From contig NMRA01000272.1 in the NCBI GenBank assembly GCA_002633005.1, positions 62,001-126,000 on the forward strand: 64,000 nt of DNA, in the 5' to 3' direction. Below, piece after piece: positions 13,861 through 26,829 of the stretch (the stretch's first letter is position 1; the number at the start of each line of letters is the position of its first letter). The notes below the pieces were generated by a model. The model worked only from the letters and a program-made list of their open reading frames with translations. It did not search any database and was not told where the DNA came from. Position numbers and translations under genes: made by a program. This DNA comes from Phoronis australis. Taxonomy: Eukaryota; Animalia; Phoronida.

Positions 13861-14269
13861 ATGTAATTTTTTTTTCTGCACACAATGCTCACTTTTTGGC
13901 CACAATAGAAATATGCAACCACAGTGTCATCATTATCACTGAACAAATTATAATCCATTCTTACATTTTTGTCAATGAAAATATACATTTTTTTCATTGC
14001 TACACAAATAAATGACAATACAATAAATGCAATTATTAAGCCCAGAAAACGAATCATTATATCCAGGCTTTTAACTGTAATACAACGGCATACGTAAGCA
14101 AAACATAATATTGAGCAAAAATACCAAGGTAAAGGAAACAAAAACAAGAACAAAATAATACGGCAATAAAGAAGAACATATAAACAAGATAATAATATAC
14201 AGAAACATAAAACAAAACCAAACAAAAAGATCGAGCTAACAAAGTGTGGTTATATTTACGTTATCATAA

Positions 14270-17200
14270 AAATGTCTGTATAGTTAAAATAAGAAAGAAT
14301 GAAGGAGTTATAAACCAACTCTAAGTGGCAACTGGAAATGTATTTCAAAAAGATTTCTGAATGGGTTGAGAATTGGTTTTAATTAATTGAACACAATGAA
14401 GATTTATAGTGAGTTGAGGATGAAGCAGAACATTCAAATTATGCTTAACCGACACACTTTGAGTAATAATAGAGTCATTAAAATACAGTCGTTGGAGTCT
14501 GTCGATAATGTGTAGAGATTTTTGCGAACACGTTATGTCGTACCTTTTGAACGCTTTGAACTCTATACGCTATTTTGTCGCCCAATCAAACAGTAAGAAA
14601 GTCCCTTTGTAAAAGACTTACATTTTCTGATTTGTATCATCAGCATATAGAAACGTCTTAGAATACTGTACATCAGGTAGGTTGTTAATAGATAGCAGGA
14701 AATCAGCGGTCCCAAAACACTGCCTTGTGGTACACCAGCATTGACGTACCCAAAGGGGCTATTCGGAGAATTCTCCTCGCGGTGTCGCTGCTGTACTAGT
14801 GGTGATTGAATTGCGCATGCGTCGCTGTCTGCATGTAAACAGCTGGTAAAAAGACGGATTGTTATCAAAATACGTCGTCGCGCTAAGCCTTATTATTGCT
14901 ATTTTCCCTGGTGCAAGTCTTCGACAGGTGATCACAAATTCCCAAAAGACCTAAGGTTGCTATATTCGTGTAGAATTGCGGTCAAAAGGGTCAACCAACT
15001 GACAAAAAGTGTGTGGATGCCAAAGACCCATTGGGAGACTACATAACGTTACTTGGTAAGTTTTTAGCAATCAAGTTTCTATCGACATCGTTCGGTGATG
15101 TTATCACCACCAGTTACCCCAATGAATAACGGGTTTATTGAATGGAGCTAAGTGTTTCTTTTCGGCTAGCACTACATATTCACAGATTGTCCTGGGTGGG
15201 AATGGGCCCAATATAAGAGGTGTATGGTACGTGAGGAAGTCATGGGTGACTTTTCATAGCAGTTTCTCTTCAGAGCTATACTATGTCCAATAAAATTCCC
15301 TAGATGAGTGAGTTTCCTTATTTTATAGCGGACACCATCCCCAGGACTACCAGATTAGTTACCGAATTAACATGAATAAGCTATTCAGTAAACGCTGCAT
15401 TGGAATAAATATATACACCTAGAATGAGTTTTACTTGAGGTCAGAAGCACATTTTAGGTGTCGTGAAAAATGCCCATTGTTAAATCACTTTTAGCCTGTT
15501 TCACACATTTTAATTCAGATCTTAAATGAGACTTGGGTACAAAGATTATTAGTTTCTACATACACTAAACATGAAGATGAAACGTCAAGTATGTTCTGTC
15601 TTACTAAAGTAGTTTTGAATTGTGTTTTCTTTTATAATTTGCTAGTATTTCTCTGACTATTCTGTTACAGGTAAGAAAAAACGACTGAAACCAGCCGGCT
15701 GACCGTCTATTTTACCTTTTGACAAAGTGAAAAGCAATCCTTCAGCAATAACCTGAGAGAATTGAACTTAATTCAGAAATTCAGGATTTGATATGCCTGA
15801 TTATGGACTCCGTTGCGTGGGAAAATTACAATTCTTTTTAACAATGTTGTTTCTTTGTATGTATGTGGTTGTTCAGTTTGCCATTTTGTTTTTTAAATAC
15901 ACTAAAAATTATTTATTCTCGAATCTTGTGAACAGCAGATTCTTATCCAGCAAGCTACAATTGAAAACATTCTTTTCTTGCATGGGGAACTTTTGTTGTG
16001 GATGAGTTAACACAAAACTTAAAATTGTTCAAAGGCCTTCTTAAGAAAGCCCTACACACACAAACAAATCAAATGAAAGTATCTCAATTAACAGGCATCA
16101 GTAGAATAAACATGGAATAATCGTTAAACTAATCAAAATCCTTACCTTTGTATAAGGTCGTGCTTACTTCCTCTCAAAGAAGCACCCTTTTCATGCAACC
16201 TCAGATTCATTTGGCACGGCAACAAGCCATTTCACCATGTATTTAAAGGGCTCGCGAAGTCGAGGCTCTTAATCTATCACCACTAGTACATGGGCGCCCT
16301 CTAGTTAATGTAATTTTTCCGAATAGCCCCATTGGCGATTCATCAGAAACAACTCCATCCACACGAAATCCATAGGTGGTTCTATTTAAAAGATACGACT
16401 GAATAAAACTATGCACTTATTCCATCCTTACGAAGTTTTAATAACAGATTATGTGGCATCATATCAAACGCAGAAGCTAGACCCAGAAAAAGAGCACGAA
16501 CATTATTCCGCTGAGTAGAGACTGTGAATAATCTCGATCAATTGAGACGTGGTGATTTTCCCTGACACCAGTTTTAGCAGAATATAACAAATTGTGAGTT
16601 ATCAAGTAGTCATATATAATGGAAATTTAGTTTTTTTTTAAATCGTTTTGAGAGGAAATAGAATAGAGTAATGGGGCGATAATTGGACACTTCGGTTGTT
16701 GAATCTTTTTATGCACAGGCATCACCAATCCACGTTTCCACTTTGATGGGAAAGTACCAAAATAAAAATCTTATTAAGAAATTTGGTTACTGCACAGTAA
16801 GAGAATTTTCAAGTAATTTGAATATGTTACTCATTATCTGTTGAAAAGTCACTTTTCGAAGTACCAATATTTTAAAGAGGTCTTTCGACCTCATCCGCAA
16901 TGGCTTGAATTAAATATACTGGACGGTGTCGCCTACTATCCATATTTGGAAAGTCACGTGCAAAGTTGCCTCAGTGTGTCTTTTATTCGTGAAACAATTC
17001 AAAAATAAATTTGATTTATCTAATTTTGAAGAAGCATAATCACCAGTGTTATTCTGTTTAAGACAAGGAAATGTACCATGAGTGGACTCACCAAAAGATT
17101 CGTGTATATAAACACGGATACCTCAGCCTTCATTACTGTGATACGCAATAGAGTATTCAGGAATCACACAATCAGATTTAATTTGATCATGCAGCAACTA

Positions 17201-17720
17201 ACCTGCCTCACAAATGGCGACTATTTTATAATTATAGTTATTAGACTTCACAATGTTTATGTTAGTGAATAAGATACTGAACACACCATTGGGTGCGAAG
17301 GGACCAGGATTCGATTTAACATCACCACAGTAGAGGTCAAATTAGAAATTCATTGGGCAGAAAACAGGAACCCCGTAGGTTTCTATGAAAGTAGTCATCC
17401 ACTATCAACTATTTTGCAACCTGTTTCACCTACACAAATATTGCATAACGACTCAAGGCTGCAAGTACTAATAACAAGCTGAACACCTACAGGTATAACA
17501 AAACAAAATACGAAAGCGATATTGACAATACCGTGAAACTAAGTGATGGGTATAACATAGAATAATACTTAAATAGAACAAAACAAATAATACACAGCAG
17601 GGCAAGGGTGACGCAAAAGAAAGAACACATATACTAAGTATCGAGTGACGGACAGGCTTCCAACCAGGTAACCCTGATGCATGAAAACTAGGCAATATAA
17701 ACCAGAGAAGCTGTCGCACA
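14270..17720 (-). mobile_element. Decayed, internally deleted CR1/L2-type LINE, split by a TIR element
   Basis: Minus-strand motifs in order: GDVKSNPGP (17326-17300), APE start IVAICE (~17220), VMPVHK...VSNYRPITL (~16700), LASAFD...LLLKL (~16460), SYLLNR, then after the insertion GVPQGSVLGP (~14730) and YADDT (~14640). Outer boundaries approximate. Confidence 0.8.
14755..16330. mobile_element. Non-autonomous TIR DNA element (GGGGCTATTCGG termini) inserted in the CR1/L2 RT
   Basis: TIRs ggggctattcgga / tccgaatagcccc plus inverted subterminal tgtactagtggtgat; an inverted partial homologue lies at ~40720-41888; superfamily uncertain. Confidence 0.8.
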
Positions 17721-19612
17721 CAACATTTTTATATGCAATTATTTTTTTAGCATCCTAGTACTCGTAAGTATGTGCAAGAAATTTGTGAATATTAGGTATA
17801 TTTTTGTGACATCTAGTAAATCTACTGTTTGGCTAGCAGTAGCAAAATGTTAAATAGAAAATGTGTCTCGTAAAACCCAATAATAACACATTTGTAAGAG
17901 AGACAGTTTGAAGTTGAATGAGGGACGTTTGAAGTAGTTTTCTGAATTCCTTCCAAAAATCTTGTACAGGGCGACAATCCCAAAAAACGTCTGGCAGCGT
18001 CTCTGGAGCTTTATTACAAAAGGAGCATTAATTAGAATCCCGAACTTTGATTTTGGCTATAAAAGCATTTGTTGCAATAATTCCCGGTATTTGATATACA
18101 GGTTAGTTTCAGCAGACTTCATTAACAAGAAAGAAGAGTGTGCCACCAACGAATCACACAGACTATTAGAGGATATTGGAACGGTAAATAAGCATAAACA
18201 AATGATATGATCAACGCGATAGGTAATGCCTGTTGATTGTTAATCAAATTATTTTTCCCATTCTTTACTGAATGCGGTAAGACAGGCACATTGCACAATA
18301 GAATACCAGGAGAACGATGGGTAGAGTTAATACAAACTGGTGACTGAACACATGAAATGTGTTGGGTGGTCTTCAACAGGCGTGGGCCACTAGTGAAATG
18401 GTACGGCTCACGGAGATCATCTAACAAACGTACAATTTAAGTTCACTTTAGTAGGCGAAGAGATACATGTCACATTGCAATTGACAAATCTAACGATAAG
18501 AACAGATTAAGAGGACTGAACTTCACAGACATATGTGGGACAGTTCAGTTATAACAGTTCAGTTATAACGAGTGATCAACAAGTAAACACATAAATAAAA
18601 CGAGGAGCAAAATATAACCATGGGTATACTCATATTACTACGTTTACAAGACTATGCATATGAAGTCTGTGGATCATATCAGCACAAGTGGGATCAGACA
18701 TTACTTTATGGGTGTCTATCCAAGTTTTCTTTATGTGGAAAATCAGAAGCTTACGTTCGCCAGAAACTATGTATTCTAAAGAAATTTGCCGTTTATCATT
18801 TTTAAAGAAAATGCACATGTGATGAGCAATTGGCGTATGACGAATATTCAACAAAGGCGCTTAATATATGGAAACAAATTTCGCATTGGATTAATAATTC
18901 TGACGCAGTCAAAAGGGTCACGGGGGGACGGTGCCCCCATTCAATTACTTAGAATCTCTCCATTGGTATAGTTTCAAGGAATGTTCTAAACCCCCCCTAC
19001 CCCCTCGACCCACGACCCTGTCGACCTACTACCCCCTCGGCCCACGGCCCCACAACCCCTCGACCCTGTCTACAAAAGTTCGACTCGATCTGAATCTAGA
19101 ACAAGCGCTGACTTGCTGATCAACGAGTCGGACCTTCACTGCTTTTTTTGCAATCAAGAGAGTAGATTAGGCAACTTTGAAAGGCAAAAACAGAAAAAAA
19201 TAACCCGACCAAATCAAATCAAAGACTTACCAACGTTACAAATATCGTTCGCGGCAAAGTGTAATCGTCTCGGCTGCTCTTCAGTCAATGGCATATTCAA
19301 GCTCTTTTGGGAGAGAGTGAGGAACCGACGAACATGTAATTTCTTCATTAAATACAAACTGCTAGCTTAAAAGTATCTCAACATTACATAAAGCTCAGGT
19401 TGTTACTGTTTCAACGCCCTCAAAGGTCCTGTTTTGCGCGTACGGGCTCCTGCACCTTCGCACTTGATGCACACCAAGAAAATGCGAGACAACCGGGGTC
19501 TAAAGAAGACAAAAGTCGAAATACCACTTTGGAGCTGTCGCGTTGTTGAAAATGTTACATTTGTTTTGATCCAATGATTGATTTTACTTAATTGGAATAT
19601 TTTCATTTTCAG

Positions 19613-20901
19613 TGGCAGATTATTTATGGAAGCACCTGGTTGAAAAAGGAGAGGCTAATTTCACTGTGATGTTTGCCCTTACTGCCTGCACAACCTCGTT
19701 TGTTATAATGTACATATGGTACATGCGCAATGCATACTTAAAGAAAACAAAAAAACTGGAGAAAGAAGCAAAGCAACAATTCCGTTCACTTGTCAAAAAA
19801 CTAAGATCTCGTCTAGACGAGAATAATCAAAATGACCAGTTCTTCGATGACTTACAAATGGACAAAGAAACTGCTGACATAGGTAGATTTTTTACCCTAT
19901 GTGACCATATGGTAGGAAAAGACAAACAGCATCTTCGTCAGAACGCAGCGTCAAGAACGAAAGAAGCAGTTCTGCTTATTAAGCACGAACTAAACAGAAT
20001 TGCACTCTTTCAAAGCCACGCGACTAGAGACAAGGAAGCCATTGAAAGAGCTTTGCAAAACTACCAAGCTACGGCTGTGTACCACGTTCAAACAGAAGTT
20101 CTCAAAGATAAAACATTGGTAGAAAAATCACGTCAACTTATTCTGGCATTGACCCTCAAATCCACAATAGAGAAAATGGAGCATGATGAAGATCTTGATG
20201 GAATGGAACGACTGCTCTCCGTAGCGGAAACAAAAGGTTTTTTTGATCTTCTGGAAGAATTTGAAATGTTAAGGGATAAATTAACAGACCTAAAAACTTT
20301 GGCTCAGTATAAGCAAATGCTCCTGAAAATGGGGAGAAAGAGGATTGCCGAATTGCGGGCATATAAAGACCCCCCAATACCTGTGCATGAAACGATGATA
20401 GCAACTTTGCTGATACTTGGATTTCGAGAAGAACTTACTCGTGATTGGACAAGCTGCTTGCGAATTTGTCAGGGAAAAAAAGGTCTCCACTGGAATTTGA
20501 TGAACTTCAAGGTGGACAACTTGCATCCGTCTATCGCTGCAAGAGCCATCGAAATCCTTGATATTTACCGTTTGGAGGACCTGAAGGCAGTAAGTAAAAC
20601 TGCGTATCACTTCTATGTGTGGGCACATGCTATAGCCTGTCATGTTCTTCATAAAACCGAAGATGTTGTCCCAGCTGGCCGTGCTCAACAAAGACAATTG
20701 TTGGGAATAGAAAAAGTACCAGCGCAAGTGAGCAGTTGCACGGAAAGGAAACAGAACAATACACTTTCCCGTTGTGGGATTGAGAATCAAATCACTCCCA
20801 GTCTATTCTTTAGCGACAAAAGTAGAAGTGTTGCAACGGTGTACAAGGCAAGTATGGGCGATAGCGTTTCGAGCGTTCTACCTCGTGCAATGGATTTATA
20901 G
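19613..20901 (+). CDS. Large terminal coding exon: TM helix, helical cytoplasmic region, dynein-stalk microtubule-binding-domain-like module
   Basis: Intact ~430-codon frame starting right after acceptor tttcattttcag|TG (phase 1); hydrophobic FTVMFALTACTTSFVIMYIWYM followed by basic RNAYLKKTKK; C-terminal IAELRAYKDPPIPVHETMIATLLILG...DW...LMNFKVDNL...VSKTAYHFYVWAHAI resembles the dynein stalk head; possible AATAAA at 21530. Confidence 0.85.
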
Positions 20902-22569
20902 TGAAACAAGGTGACTTTGAGGAAATACTTTAGAAAGACATGGCACTTCCGGGACTTTCATATGCAGAGCAGTTGTCGTTTTCAAAATGTATTGTACGCG
21001 TGTCTAATGTCGGCTCATAGATAACGGGTAAGGTAGGAACAGTATGGCAGAAGTCATTACGAGTCACTTCGGAGCACCGTTAGAGGCTTTATGGTGCGAG
21101 TACCACGAAGCTACCATCAGATGAAAAAGAATGAAAGCGAGGGATAAATGGATCCAATTCGGGCCCTGCTGTCGGTTTTCAAAACAGAATTGCGGGACAG
21201 TTGGTGTTAATATCTTTGATACGTGGGTTGTATTACGTAGACACAAAAGTGTAGCCAGTGAAATTCGTGTGATCAAATCACGTGCTGATTTCATGAATGT
21301 GATGTAATCACGATTTCCTTGAGTATACGGAAGTAAGATATGAGGTGTTAGGTAATGCGATCTACTTCAGCGCTATAAAGTGGCAAGCGCTGGTTTTCAT
21401 CATGACAACAAAAAATCAACCATACTCTTGCATTCTAATTTCGTCTATATTAATTCACAAAAATAACATTTAACTTTACTTTTTTCACTTGCTGGGTACA
21501 ATATGTTACTATCATTTCCACTGCAACATAATAAAATAGTTACCAACTAGCAACACTATTTGAATGATGTCTGTTGTAATTCTGTCTTTCCAAAAAGGAT
21601 TAAGATTTTAAACACTGCTCATGGCTTTTCTAACACGGCTCAACATTTCCAAACATGGTACAAAGTATTCAAAACATAGTGCGGCACTGAGTCGGTAAGG
21701 AGAACAATGGTCATATCGAGTACTAACCAATTCAGCAAGTCTCCTATCATGTCGACGAGTTTGATATAAGCAACGCTAGTGTCTAGCTGGAAAGACAGGA
21801 CTTCGCGAAATATCACATTGTATTTTCAGCAGCTGGTCATAGCTCTATCTGAACCTTGTTAGCTGACTTTCCAGGAACCCGTTTCATGAACACAAAGTCC
21901 GTTTTTTGGTTTTCGATTTTGACTTAAACAGCCATAGGTGAGCATACAGACTATGATTTCGCTGTCTGTTACGATTCCCAAAACTAAGCCAGGCGGTTTG
22001 CGAAATACGTTTTCAAAAATACCTTAATCTTGAAACTGGAGATTTTTTACAATTGTTGGGATACCTTTGGGATCTCGTTTACATGAGAAGACGTTAGTAT
22101 GAATGGAAAATATTCCATATGTGCAGGTTAGTCACACTACGTTGTTTCTACGGTGCCTTGCCGGTTGTCGAATCGAAATCAGACGATCTCCAATTTGACA
22201 TTGTTTAGGGACATTACAATGTGGCAATATGAAGAAAATCTGTCCCTCGGCAGCTTACAGTGATGATAGTCGTAAATTTTGATCATTTAGACCAACAGTC
22301 CATTGTGACCAAAGTTTCAATCTAAACCTGTTCAGTATCAAGCCTACTTTCAGTCTGTTTTAATTTTGATCTTAAGAAATGCCGTGAAACGTGGTTCAGA
22401 CATATTGGTCTTAAGTTATCAGGATTTCGGTCCACATCAAGACAGAAAAACTCTCACGAAACGGGCTCCAGGTCCATTACCGGACAGGAAATGAAAACCG
22501 TCATTTTTGTGCAGTTTATGTAACAGTAATATCCTACACATTTTGCATTGCACGTAATATTTCCAGACT

Positions 22570-23449
22570 GTGTTCCATCGAAGCAGGAGCCCCGGTTTAA
22601 AACAGATATTCCGGAGTCGAAAACAGACCCGGGCACTTTCAAAACAGTTATAGGGCCCGAAAAACTCGAACCCGGACCTTTAAAACAGGAACCCCGGAGA
22701 TCGGACGGGAAACCCAGACAATTTTTCAAATTTTCTAAGACCGATGTCAGTAGCTTCAAACTTTGAGTTATACCATCTTTCCAGTTGTTTTCTGCGTTTG
22801 TTTGTTAAAAATTGTCAGTAATAAAAAGAAACTTATATCACGTTGACTTTGTTATTTGATTTGTATCGGTGAAACTCGTGTAACTTGTCTGTGGGCAACT
22901 TTCAAAATGATCAACATACGTTGTTACAGTGTCTCGTTGGATAATAAAATTAGGTTAATTTCTGATTATTCAATAATTTGTCCAAAATATTTTCCAAAAT
23001 AAAAAACAAAAATATTATTTCGCCTGTGCCATTCTTGAATAAACCGTCGTGACATGTACCCAACCTCGTGGAAGAAGAATAGTTGATTGAAGAATTGGGC
23101 AACGCAATATTTCAAGGCGTCGAAAGCCGAGTAAAAGACCTCACTTTAGCAGCAGACTAACGTAGAACGCCAACCAGTCACGCATGTAAGTTGTCTAAAA
23201 TTCTCATATAGTAAAACAACATATCACATCTATTTAAAGTAGGAAGATTTATTTTTCAACAAAAAAGTTTAACAGAAAGTGCGGGAGTGATGTTTCTGTC
23301 CCCGGGTTGCCTGTCTGATCCTGGGGTTCCTGATTTGAAGGTGGGGGTTGGTGGTTTTCGGGCTGGTTAGCTGTTCTGAAGGTGCAGGGGTCAGTTTTCG
23401 TCTCCGCGGGAATATCTGTTTTCACCGGGTTCTTGTTTCGACGGAACAC
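22570..23449. mobile_element. MITE with ~150-bp diverged terminal inverted repeats
   Basis: gtgttccatcgaagcaggagccccggtttaaaacagatattcc... at left is the inverted homologue of ...gggaatatctgttttcaccgggttcttgtttcgacggaacac at right. Confidence 0.7.
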
Positions 23450-25117
23450 CCTAATCAAAAGCAGTAGAAAACTCGATAAAAAACGTATTAAAGTAGTACA
23501 AGATGCACAGTTTTGCCAACAGAACTTGTTTAAGGTTTGGTTTACTGGCTACGCCGTAAACCTTTGTTTTCCGACGCGGTTTGCTGTTTTTGGTATGCAC
23601 AAAAATAACTCTGAAAACCGCGCAGTAACCGCACATAAAACTTCCTCGCGATTCTCGTTTTTGGTAAAAGCCCACCCTACCAAAGAATCGAAACCTCACG
23701 CACCTATTCGGGCCAATTTCTGCTATACTTATGCTGGCACAGTGTCCTAATTATAGATGAATTCAATATTAAGGCAAGCAGTTTGAAAGTCGCCAATTTC
23801 AGTCCATGATATATCCATTTGTTTTAGCACGTGCTTTACTGCTGTGAAGCCATCGCTCCATGCAAAAGCACGGCCATATAACAGAGATCCAGATAAGCAG
23901 GCTTTCTGACGAAAGCGTAACTTGAGGAAATCTTTTGTTCATGTACAAGGTGCCGTAGAATGGGCCTAGTTTAAAAAATATTGACTATGTGTTATTTTAG
24001 CGCGACATCAAATTTCACATTGACGTCATAAGAGACGATGAGCAACCTAAGTGTGGACTTGTGCCTGGTTGCGTGAAACAATCCTAAATAGGGACTCAAC
24101 AAAGTTTCTTAAATCTTTTGCATTCTCGTTTCGTTATATACTGGCAGGCGAAATGTTTTTCTATCAATTTATCATTATTATGAGGGCTTCCGTGACTAAC
24201 GACATTTTTAATAATGTACCTAAAAACTGAGCCCTTAATTCAATCAAAATAATTCAGGGATTCAGTCTTTAAATTAGGGGCGGTGCGTGAAAAGACCGGT
24301 ATATATTTTCAATAATATTGGGAATTAAGCGTAGATTTCATACTCAATTTGTACCAAAGCCAAGAACTGGCTTAGTTTGTGATACTCAAACAGCATATAA
24401 AGGACAATCAATGTTTTCACAAACCCACAATTAGTCAGTAGGTTTAGGGAACATAGTCGAGTTCCAAGTTGGGACTTTTTCATGCAGTGAGGAAACGGTG
24501 TCAGTGGCTTATGGCTTTAGATTGTTCTCATCAACTTACCATCTTTAACATTCCCAATATCCAACGACTTACCGCAATAAATCAAGTTAATTTTGCTGAA
24601 GGTTTACATAAATAATTGTTGGGTTTAATCATTCATTTTTCCTCGTAGTCACAAATCAAATTACATCCTGTTTCTTCCTACAATCGTTTTCTTCTAATAT
24701 AACCACACAGCACCAAGAACTCATCTGAGTTTAAAAGACAATGGAGTAAACAGGTGGCACGAGTCCCATTGCCTTGTGTCAGAAAAACGGAACACCGACA
24801 ATTGACAGTAATATTGTTGTTATCATTTTTCTTTAGTAGATGGGTTTGACAGTCCCCGTCTTATTCGCTTCATGTGGTTCAGTGGGATTCGCTTAGGGGT
24901 TTTCCAGTCAACTTTGTGCTTTCACTGATGTTGTTTAGTCTCGTGACTCGCCCCTCATGATATATTCCTCGATGTAGACCGCTTTGTGTGGGCTATGGGT
25001 TATGGTTGGAGAAAATCGAATAAAGTAGATCACGGATCTACCGAACACGTTGCAGTGGCAACTTCGGAGGTCAATCGCTAAGAGCCATAGACATTCTTCC
25101 TGTTATTGCTCACTTAA

Positions 25118-26760
25118 AGGAGAATGCTATCCGATTTAATTAGTCTTTTTGTCGTCTTAATCGGTCTATATCCACATCGCCTCGCATGCGGTCGACCTTA
25201 CCTTGCCAAGAGGTGTCGTGTTAACCTGTGAGGAAGGTGAGAAACGACGCTAGCGACGTCATTGGTTCATATGAAGAGTGAATGCCGCTATGTTGCAGTG
25301 CGTCGTTCCCGCTTGTCCGAACTAAGCAGCTGCGAGGAAAGCGGGTATATCGTTTTTTTACCTTCTCGAGAGTCCAAAATGCTTAGGAAGTGGCTCATGG
25401 TAGTGAAGAATGAAATGTACGTTGTAAATAGTAAGAATGAGATCGTGAAACATCTCCTTGTCTGTGGCCTGCAGAAGTCGACAGTGCCTGACGAATGCCG
25501 GCTTACCAAATAACTTCATACGTTCCGTTGTCTGAGCTTGTTCACGGCGCCTCTCTAGTATTTCTTCATCACTGTATTCCTGTTCGAATTGATACCCTGT
25601 AAAACTTAACGATCCACCTGCGAAGTCGGGACTGATCGAGCTCTAGCTCGTCCTAAGTCGGGATTGCGAGTTGCCATGTTTGTATATTACTGAGCGTTCT
25701 GTTTCAAAATGAATTATTCTCACCCTAACCAATACTTATATAAAACTCAAACAAAGTCTGTCTCATTAGATGCCTATTTGTAATGCCTTTGGAGTGTTCG
25801 TGAGTGCAAATGATTTGAGAAGCCAGCAATGAATAAATCTATGCGTTACCAGCTTTAGGTGCAATAAAACTAATTGACGGGACACCGAGGCCGTGTGAGC
25901 TCATTTAGTGTTTGCTGGCAGAAACTGTTGTGAAACAACTCGATTTCCATCCCACGACCAGGTGTTAGATGAATCTTTATTTACTTTTACATTACTCAAA
26001 TAATGATTGTCAATGTATAACTTCTGCCCTGACGGTGCTGTGGCCAAAGTGGAACCTGAATTCGCGGCCCCCGGCCCGACGGGTAAGTGGATTTGCAGTT
26101 TCGTGGCTAATTCACCAACATAATCACCGTGCACATTACTTTGGCTCACTTGTGTGGTATTTTTTTACTATAAGTTTAGTTTCCACTGAACTTTGACTGG
26201 TTTTTGTTCGTGATGTCTGATCAGTTTCCGAGCCACTGGCCGGGATAACGGCGGAGTCAATCCGGCCGGCCGCGACGGGCCTGATCGGGCTCCGAGCTAC
26301 TGGCCAGGATAACGAGCGTTTTGTGTTTAGAACTCAATAATCACAAGTCTAAACAACACAGATCTAGTTTCTCCTGTCTGTATCTCACAGAAAATATTTC
26401 GAAACTATCTCCGAACAGACCCCAAACTCCTGCTACGGACCTTATTGGCCTGCCGAACTTTGTAGGCTACGGTGTGTCCAAATACCAATAAATCCGTAAG
26501 AGCGAAATAAAACAACACGTTTTTATATGAACTCGGTGTATGAATTATTTGTGTTAAACGATGACTTCAAGCGATAAGCTGACACCAGTAACCCGTGTTG
26601 TGAACTGCTGAACAGACTGCGTGTGAAAACGATGACGTCATTGGATAATTTCGACACCTCCGTCAGGTGTCAGGTAACGCAACCGTACGCGTCGTTATGG
26701 AGTAGAACTACTCGACCTAAATTGATACAAATTAGGTTGTTTTTTGGGTGGCATGCTCCT
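25118..26760 (+). mobile_element. Kolobok-like non-autonomous DNA transposon with THAP-domain remnant (copy 1)
   Basis: TTAA|AGGAGAATGC ... GCATGCTCCT|TTAA; remnant MPLCC...KMLRKWLMVVKNE...KHLLVCG at ~25282-25470. Confidence 0.8.
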
Positions 26761-26829
26761 TTAAGCTATTCCATTTTGGACTATTGTGAGTCCTGGTAAT
26801 TAAGTCAGATATCTTGTGTCATTTCTTAA

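Noticed and set aside
13785-14242. Hydrophobic ORFs as membrane proteins
   Set aside because: Products of low-complexity A-rich and GT-repeat sequence; no splice or domain support.
18620-18805. Short ATG ORF or ATGG|gtatac as the first exon of the 19613 exon
   Set aside because: Weak donor and no recognisable coding signal; the TSP1 exon donor is stronger and phase-compatible. Not fully excluded as an alternative start.
20156-20790. Antisense ORFs (82 and 166 aa)
   Set aside because: Shadows of the real + strand coding exon.
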